61,224 bases of DNA from a virus. Lineage: Duplodnaviria; Caudoviricetes. This document shows, piece by piece, positions 56,200-61,224 of this stretch. Position 1 is the stretch's first letter; every line of letters begins with the position of its first letter. A model generated the notes under the pieces. The model did not search any database. It had not been told where the DNA came from and saw only the letters and a list, made by a program, of their open reading frames with translations. The DNA lies in the IMG/VR virus record IMGVR_UViG_3300005253_000610, positions 1 to 61,224 of that record; one strand, given 5' to 3'. Made by a program: the position numbers and the translations under genes.

Positions 56200-56234
56200 T
56201 TCACCTTGACGTTAGGGTTAGGGTATGATATACT
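56200..56234 (+). promoter_or_regulatory. Capsid-operon promoter with palindromic operator
   Basis: TCACCTTGACGTTAGGGTTAGG; TTGACG(56206)-17-TGnTATACT(56229). Confidence 0.8.
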
Positions 56235-56253
56235 TATGATAGGAGACTAACTA

Positions 56254-57318
56254 ATGGCTACACAGATACAAGTAGTAGAGGAAGACACAACAGTCGTGGA
56301 AGATACCGATAACCCTCCCGTGACGGACGCTCCTCAGGAACCCGTAGATCAGGCTCCAGCCGATCCTGTTGAAGCAAAGGACTCAACGGCAGACCCCGTT
56401 GCTCCTGAGCCGACAGTTGTTGACGCTGCACCGGATGCGGATACTGAGAAAACGGCGGACACCAAGGAGGAAGAGCCTAAGGAAGCCGATGAACCGTGGG
56501 AACTAGACGATGATACTATTGAAGCGATTGCTGACTCCTATGGAGATAAACTTGCAAGCACAAAGGGTATTAAGGATATCGTCTCCAAGTCTGTCAAGGA
56601 CGAAGTCGCACGGCAGGTACGGGAGTATCAGTCTGCAACAGATGGGCAGGGACAGGCAGATCAGCTTGTCAATCAGGGACGTGTAGCGGCGGAGAAGATG
56701 CAACAGTTTGCAACGAAAGCCGCAGGCGAACTTGCTAAGGCCGCAAATGGTGAAGAAGGAATTGATGCCAACGTCTTTGATAAAACAGAGTTCATCGGAT
56801 CACTTGAGCAGTATGGCTCGGCAACTGCGCTCTATGAGCGGCACATATTTGAATCCGCCACACAGGACGGGTTCGATCATGTCTTTGCTGACGTGCTGCC
56901 AGAACTCTCGGACGAACACCGCGAGGAGCTACAGGGGATCGTTAATACCGCGAATCGGATGCGAGGCGATCCACGACAGTCACAGCGGGCAGATGCCTAC
57001 TGGATGAGAGAGCTTCTTGGGTTCGTAGCAAACCGAGCAACTGAGAACGGACGGACGCTTGAACACCAACAGCTTACGAATCGCAGGGCAGTGAAGGGGA
57101 AGATTGCAGACTCCAATGCTGTCACCGCTGCGAAGGCGAAGATAGAGGCGAGTAAGCAGCCTCCCCGTGTGCCGAAGTCTGATCCGAAGGCAGGACCAGT
57201 TGAATTCTCCGAAGAGGGCTACCAGAGGATTAAGCAGAGCGGTGTGCCGAGTTCGGAGATTCAAGAGTATGTGAATAACTGGTCTGCTGCTCGGAGACGT
57301 TCGGCTAGTATTAAATAA
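56254..57318 (+). CDS. Capsid scaffolding protein
   Basis: Acidic disordered N-terminus, helical core, basic C-terminus, directly before MCP. Confidence 0.7.
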   Translation: MATQIQVVEEDTTVVEDTDNPPVTDAPQEPVDQAPADPVEAKDSTADPVAPEPTVVDAAPDADTEKTADTKEEEPKEADEPWELDDDTIEAIADSYGDKLASTKGIKDIVSKSVKDEVARQVREYQSATDGQGQADQLVNQGRVAAEKMQQFATKAAGELAKAANGEEGIDANVFDKTEFIGSLEQYGSATALYERHIFESATQDGFDHVFADVLPELSDEHREELQGIVNTANRMRGDPRQSQRADAYWMRELLGFVANRATENGRTLEHQQLTNRRAVKGKIADSNAVTAAKAKIEASKQPPRVPKSDPKAGPVEFSEEGYQRIKQSGVPSSEIQEYVNNWSAARRRSASIK

Positions 57319-57343
57319 TATAACTAGGAAGGAGAACAACTAA

Positions 57344-58249
57344 TTGGCTATTACAGACCGTGAGATGACCAGCACCACGCACGATGACTTTCTTCCGATT
57401 GTGTGGGCTGATGACACGCGCGATGCGATCCAGTTTAATGAAGTGCTACCAAAGCTTGTAAATACGTCTTATGAAGATGAGCTTCGTGTAGGTCGCGTGC
57501 TTCGTATTCCGTTGCGGGCGAACTATGACACGCAGACTAAGAGCGAGGGTGTTGGAAACACCATTAGCTTTCAGTCTGTACCCGGAACTGGAGCGTTTGG
57601 AAACGTACAGGATGTGACGGTGAATACGTTTGAGTATGCAGCCGCACTTCTGAACGCCGTCGTTGCTGCTCAGTCTAAGTATGATGAGCGCCAGCGAATC
57701 GCACAGGGTATTGGATATGCACTCATGCGTGGTATGGAGGTTAGCATTTCTGCCCTCTTCCAAAGCTTTACTCAGATCGTTGGTACGCTTGGTGCCGACC
57801 CTGACGATGCTGTGCTACGGCGTGCGTGGCAGTACCTAGCGGATTCTGGTGTGTATGACAACGCTTCGTGGGTCTTTGGCCCTGCTGCTGTTTCTGCACT
57901 CTTTGGTAACAACAAGTTTACCAGCAAGGACTTTGTAGATGCGAAGTCGGTTATTGAAACTGCTACGCTTCCTCCGCTCTACAACTATCCAGCATATAGT
58001 TCTAACCTGCTTAGGGCACCGTCTACTGGACAGACTGACTGTACGCTAATGCACAAGGAAGCTATTATCCTAATCCGTCAGATCAAGCCCACGTTCCGTG
58101 AGCAGTTCCTTATTAGGAATCTTGCAGACGGAATCGTTGCCTACAACCTCTACGTGGCTGCTGAAGCTAACTGGGTGGTTGAGACACCGGCTACAAATGC
58201 TGACCCCACTACGACGGATGCGGGCGGCGTTTTGATCCGAACCGGATAG
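57344..58249 (+). CDS. Major capsid protein (HK97 fold, P22-coat/N4-like)
   Basis: FLPIVWA...YE.EL..G..LRIP N-terminus; TTG start with SD AAGGAG. Confidence 0.85.
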   Translation: MAITDREMTSTTHDDFLPIVWADDTRDAIQFNEVLPKLVNTSYEDELRVGRVLRIPLRANYDTQTKSEGVGNTISFQSVPGTGAFGNVQDVTVNTFEYAAALLNAVVAAQSKYDERQRIAQGIGYALMRGMEVSISALFQSFTQIVGTLGADPDDAVLRRAWQYLADSGVYDNASWVFGPAAVSALFGNNKFTSKDFVDAKSVIETATLPPLYNYPAYSSNLLRAPSTGQTDCTLMHKEAIILIRQIKPTFREQFLIRNLADGIVAYNLYVAAEANWVVETPATNADPTTTDAGGVLIRTG

Positions 58250-58277
58250 ACAAGTAGACAAAAGAAGGAGTAAGTAT

Positions 58278-58376
58278 ATGGGACAGAAAGGTACCGAAGG
58301 TTCGACACAGAAGGCGGTTAGCCCCAATCCTTCTAAGCCGAACTCGAACAAGACCGTAGGTAAGAAAAACGCCTAG
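58278..58376 (+). CDS. 32-aa basic peptide after MCP
   Basis: SD AAGGAG; MGQKGTEGSTQK...; followed by hairpin TGGGGAAC/GTTCCCCA. Confidence 0.5.
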   Translation: MGQKGTEGSTQKAVSPNPSKPNSNKTVGKKNA

Positions 58377-58410
58377 TTGATGGGGAACGGGCGGGTTCCC
58401 CAAAGACGAT

Positions 58411-59031
58411 ATGAAGATTGAAATCAAAGCTGAACCAGAATATGGCTTGGTGAGCAAGGTAGGCTCCATTGACCTTGAATATGGGGTTAAGGGGAGCGAG
58501 TTGGAGAGGGAGCTGAGGGCTGCACAAGAAGCATTTCTCCGTTCGATGGACCTGCGTGGGTTGGTATTGGATAAAAGAGTGCCTCAGAACCCACGGTGGA
58601 CTACAGATGGTGAAGGAAAGCTAAGTGCCACGTATGCAATAGATTGGGAGGGCGTGCGAAGGCCGAAGACGACTACTTCTGATGGCAAAGAAGTCGAACT
58701 GCCGAATAAGAAGGAAACGAGCCTAGAAGATACACAGGGCATGGTAGAGTACCGTATCGTGGGCGTCTTCTGGGCACCGAAGCAGGCAGTAGAGATACTT
58801 AAACACCGTGAGCAGATTAAAGACGAAGAACGGGCAAAGCGGAATGGGAAGTCCTTTGGATACGGTGGGGGAGAGCTTCCGACGATCCCGAATTATCCCG
58901 GCGATGATGCTTTTGATGGACAAGAGTATTCGAGCCGAAGTATACAGAAGGGACCAATAGAAAATGGCAACAAAGCAGACAGAGCCGACAGACGAATCGT
59001 TGATGACGACACAAGAAGGCTCTCCGGTTGA
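58411..59031 (+). CDS. Hypothetical virion-module protein
   Basis: 206-aa ORF. Confidence 0.5.
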   Translation: MKIEIKAEPEYGLVSKVGSIDLEYGVKGSELERELRAAQEAFLRSMDLRGLVLDKRVPQNPRWTTDGEGKLSATYAIDWEGVRRPKTTTSDGKEVELPNKKETSLEDTQGMVEYRIVGVFWAPKQAVEILKHREQIKDEERAKRNGKSFGYGGGELPTIPNYPGDDAFDGQEYSSRSIQKGPIENGNKADRADRRIVDDDTRRLSG

Positions 59032-59938
59032 GAGAACAACAGAATGGCGGGCAATTAAACAGCGTGAGGAGATCACTGCCGCTGTTCCTACAGAGGAACC
59101 GCCTACCACAGATAAAGCAGTAGAGGAAGCAATGGAGGCGGTCAAGGCACAGATGGATAAGCCTCCGAAGACAAAGACTCCTGTTGCCAATGCTTCAAGC
59201 GCAGAGGCTATTGGGAAATTACAGGAGGAGCTATCCACCCTACGTGATGAGGTAACGAATCTTCGCTCTGCTAGTACAAAGACAGAAGGCGTAGTAGATT
59301 CAGGGCCGTCCGGCTACCCCTGGCAGTATTACAAGAGAAGTGATCGTAATACACCAGGCTACAACTACGGTCTTCAGGCAAATTGGATCACTACTGGACC
59401 GGGGGGCGCAACGCCTGGCGGTCAGCGTGATACTGGAGCATTTACCAAGTATATGATAAAGGGCATGAAGCCCATTATGGGATATGGGGTGTGTGATGCT
59501 CCATCTGCTTACAAGACCCCAGGCGGACAGTTTATTCCGATGCTGGAGAAGGGCGGAGCGAGGGAGTTCCCCGCTACACAGGTAATTGCCTATAAATGGC
59601 ATGTGAAGCCTCCGTTGGAAGGTCTGGTGTTCCCGCAATACGAAGCCGTAAAAGGTACAGTGCGGCATTTCATGTGTGAGGACTGTATCTTTGATATTTG
59701 GATGCTAGAAGATGACAAAGACACGGGGATGGCCTGTTTCAGGCATCTAAGGAGCGATACAGGAGATGGTAAGCATAACTATAGCCGTAGGGAAGGTACT
59801 GCGATCCTTATGGAACAGAAAGTGCCCTTCTCTGCTGGACGGTTTGCCGCTCTTGCTGAAGAGCTAAGAAGGCAGGAGATTGCAGGCGATTCGAGCGCGT
59901 TGAGAGATGCTGCGAAGAACCTTTCCGCCCTTAAATAG
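58964..59938 (+). CDS. Hypothetical protein with C2H2-like finger
   Basis: CEDC...HL......H near the C-terminus; coiled coil. Confidence 0.55.
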   Translation: MATKQTEPTDESLMTTQEGSPVERTTEWRAIKQREEITAAVPTEEPPTTDKAVEEAMEAVKAQMDKPPKTKTPVANASSAEAIGKLQEELSTLRDEVTNLRSASTKTEGVVDSGPSGYPWQYYKRSDRNTPGYNYGLQANWITTGPGGATPGGQRDTGAFTKYMIKGMKPIMGYGVCDAPSAYKTPGGQFIPMLEKGGAREFPATQVIAYKWHVKPPLEGLVFPQYEAVKGTVRHFMCEDCIFDIWMLEDDKDTGMACFRHLRSDTGDGKHNYSRREGTAILMEQKVPFSAGRFAALAEELRRQEIAGDSSALRDAAKNLSALK

Positions 59939-59945
59939 ATAGCTA

Positions 59946-60362
59946 ATGCCTGACCTAGAGCCTTATCTTCAGAACGAAGAACTGGACGCCTTCAGCGCAT
60001 CCGGCTCGGCTAACACTGCTATATCTCTACGGAGCGCCCCTGTTGGTAGAGCGGGGCAGTTGATGCTTGTGCTAGTTAGCTACTCCTCAGCGGTAAGTGT
60101 AAACGTGGACGTAACCCTGGATTCCCATCTGGGGGCAAACTTTGACGCACGTATACGGCGGATTACCCTTAGTAATCAGTCTGACGCCTTCTGGCTCCCA
60201 GATAAGGATATTCGTTTGGCACGGAAAGATCAAATCCTGATAGAAGCACCCGCTGGTGGGGCTAGTATTACTGCTCATATCGCAGTCTACATAGACCCAG
60301 GACGTTCACGGTTTGCTGGGTTGGAGGCACTGATTGAGCCGATCCTGCGAAGGGCACGTTAA
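59946..60362 (+). CDS. Putative minor virion protein
   Basis: Beta-rich 138 aa. Confidence 0.5.
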   Translation: MPDLEPYLQNEELDAFSASGSANTAISLRSAPVGRAGQLMLVLVSYSSAVSVNVDVTLDSHLGANFDARIRRITLSNQSDAFWLPDKDIRLARKDQILIEAPAGGASITAHIAVYIDPGRSRFAGLEALIEPILRRAR

Positions 60363-60755
60363 GTGCCTGCATATAAGGATGGGATACGTGATGATGGTAC
60401 AATTGCTATCGTCTTAGTCATCGACGGGGGCGGCTCCGTGATCAGCACGGGTATTGCAGGATGGCTCCACATTCCTTTTGCTTGCGTTATTGAAGAGGTG
60501 ACGATGTTAGCTGACCAGTCTGGGAGCATCGTTGTTGATATCTGGAAGGACGCCTACTCAGACTATCCGCCAACTAATGCCGACAGTATCACGGCCAGTG
60601 CCCCGCCGACGATCAGCACCGCGACGAAGAGTCAGGACAGTACGCTCACGGGCTGGACGACCTCGATTGCAGCAGGTGACACCCTCCACTTTAATGTGGA
60701 CTCCGTAACGACGATTACCGAGCTTACGATCTCACTGAAAGCGCAGAAGACCTAA
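60363..60755 (+). CDS. Tail-associated beta-sandwich protein
   Basis: IDGGGS.I.TG...LADQSGSIVVDIWK..Y..YPPT.ADSITASAPP...IAAGD.L.FNVDS. Confidence 0.65.
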   Translation: MPAYKDGIRDDGTIAIVLVIDGGGSVISTGIAGWLHIPFACVIEEVTMLADQSGSIVVDIWKDAYSDYPPTNADSITASAPPTISTATKSQDSTLTGWTTSIAAGDTLHFNVDSVTTITELTISLKAQKT

Positions 60756-61180
60756 TGGCTATCCGTTTTATTCAGCCCGCAGATCACGTCAAGGCCCAGG
60801 GCCTCCTGGGAGGACCGCGCACGCTCGATGCCCCGGGCAATCGCGTCCACGTAGCGGAGGAGAACGGGAAGATCGTAGGAGCTACGGTATGGGCGCAGCC
60901 GGACGATGGCGAGGCCATCCTGGGCGATGTAGTGGCTCCTATGGGACGGCGCGACCTCTACTACGGGCTGATTAAGGCGGCGGTCACAGACGCCCTTGCT
61001 CGTGGCTTCACAAAAGGCGTTAGCACCGTGCATCGTAAGGCGCTGCTGAATCAGTTAGAGCGCGATTTCACCCTCACAGCCAACCCGTCGGGCTGGAATC
61101 CCCTGACGCAAGCGCCTGTCGAGTGGACGATCCACGTTGACCTGGAAGACCTGCTCCTCCAGCTAGAGGCGGTGGTGTAG
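60755..61180 (+). CDS. GNAT-fold protein
   Basis: IR..QPAD, VAEENGKIVG, RR.LY..LI......A..RG. Confidence 0.55.
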   Translation: MAIRFIQPADHVKAQGLLGGPRTLDAPGNRVHVAEENGKIVGATVWAQPDDGEAILGDVVAPMGRRDLYYGLIKAAVTDALARGFTKGVSTVHRKALLNQLERDFTLTANPSGWNPLTQAPVEWTIHVDLEDLLLQLEAVV

Positions 61181-61224
61181 ATGGGCCAGCTTAGCGCCGT
61201 TGCGACGATTGACTCCTACATAAA
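61181..61224 (+). CDS. 5' start of the DNRLRE-like gene that continues at window start
   Basis: MGQLSAVATIDSYI matches the DNRLRE N-terminal A..D.YI motif; SD-like GAGGCGGTGG. Confidence 0.6.
   Translation, partial: MGQLSAVATIDSYI

Noticed and set aside
56212-56223. TTAGGGTTAGGG telomere-like repeat
   Set aside because: Only two units; it is the right arm of the recurring late-promoter operator
1-61224. Stop-codon reassignment
   Set aside because: Core genes (PolA, terL, MCP) are intact in the standard code and all three stops end genes

Overview
A near-complete, circularly permuted dsDNA tailed-phage genome (~61.2 kb). It is probably podovirus-like: it has putative ejection proteins and no recognisable tape measure or sheath. 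The two ends fall inside what looks like one DNRLRE-like virion gene, with a short unassembled gap. The + strand carries the morphogenesis module: terminase, portal, ejection proteins, scaffold and major capsid at 44.9-61.2 kb, continuing into tail/minor virion genes at 0-11.2 kb. The - strand arm (39.1 -> 11.1 kb) carries early, replication, modification and lysis genes: family-4 UDG, PolA, DinG-like helicase, PD-(D/E)XK exonuclease, AAA ATPase, ERCC4 nuclease, methyltransferases, glycosyltransferases, amidase and holin. A divergent control region with small genes and structured non-coding elements lies at 38.9-44.9 kb. The standout is a complete phage-encoded ubiquitin-like conjugation operon (E2-like, JAB, E1/ThiF, a TM micropeptide and a Ubl) bracketed by two paralogous unknown genes. 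Other notable signals: two GAAC-N4-GTTC (LexA-type) boxes although no repressor or integrase is visible, a palindromic operator over the -35 of four late promoters, several promoter-driven structured ncRNA candidates, an HNH insertion carrying a recoded copy of its target gene's 5' end, two probable ATT start codons, and a Zn finger in the PolA thumb. The host is probably Gram-positive-like/Terrabacteria (inference from strong SD sites, extended -10 promoters, LexA box type and amidase). All calls come from motif reading by eye; no database searches were run.
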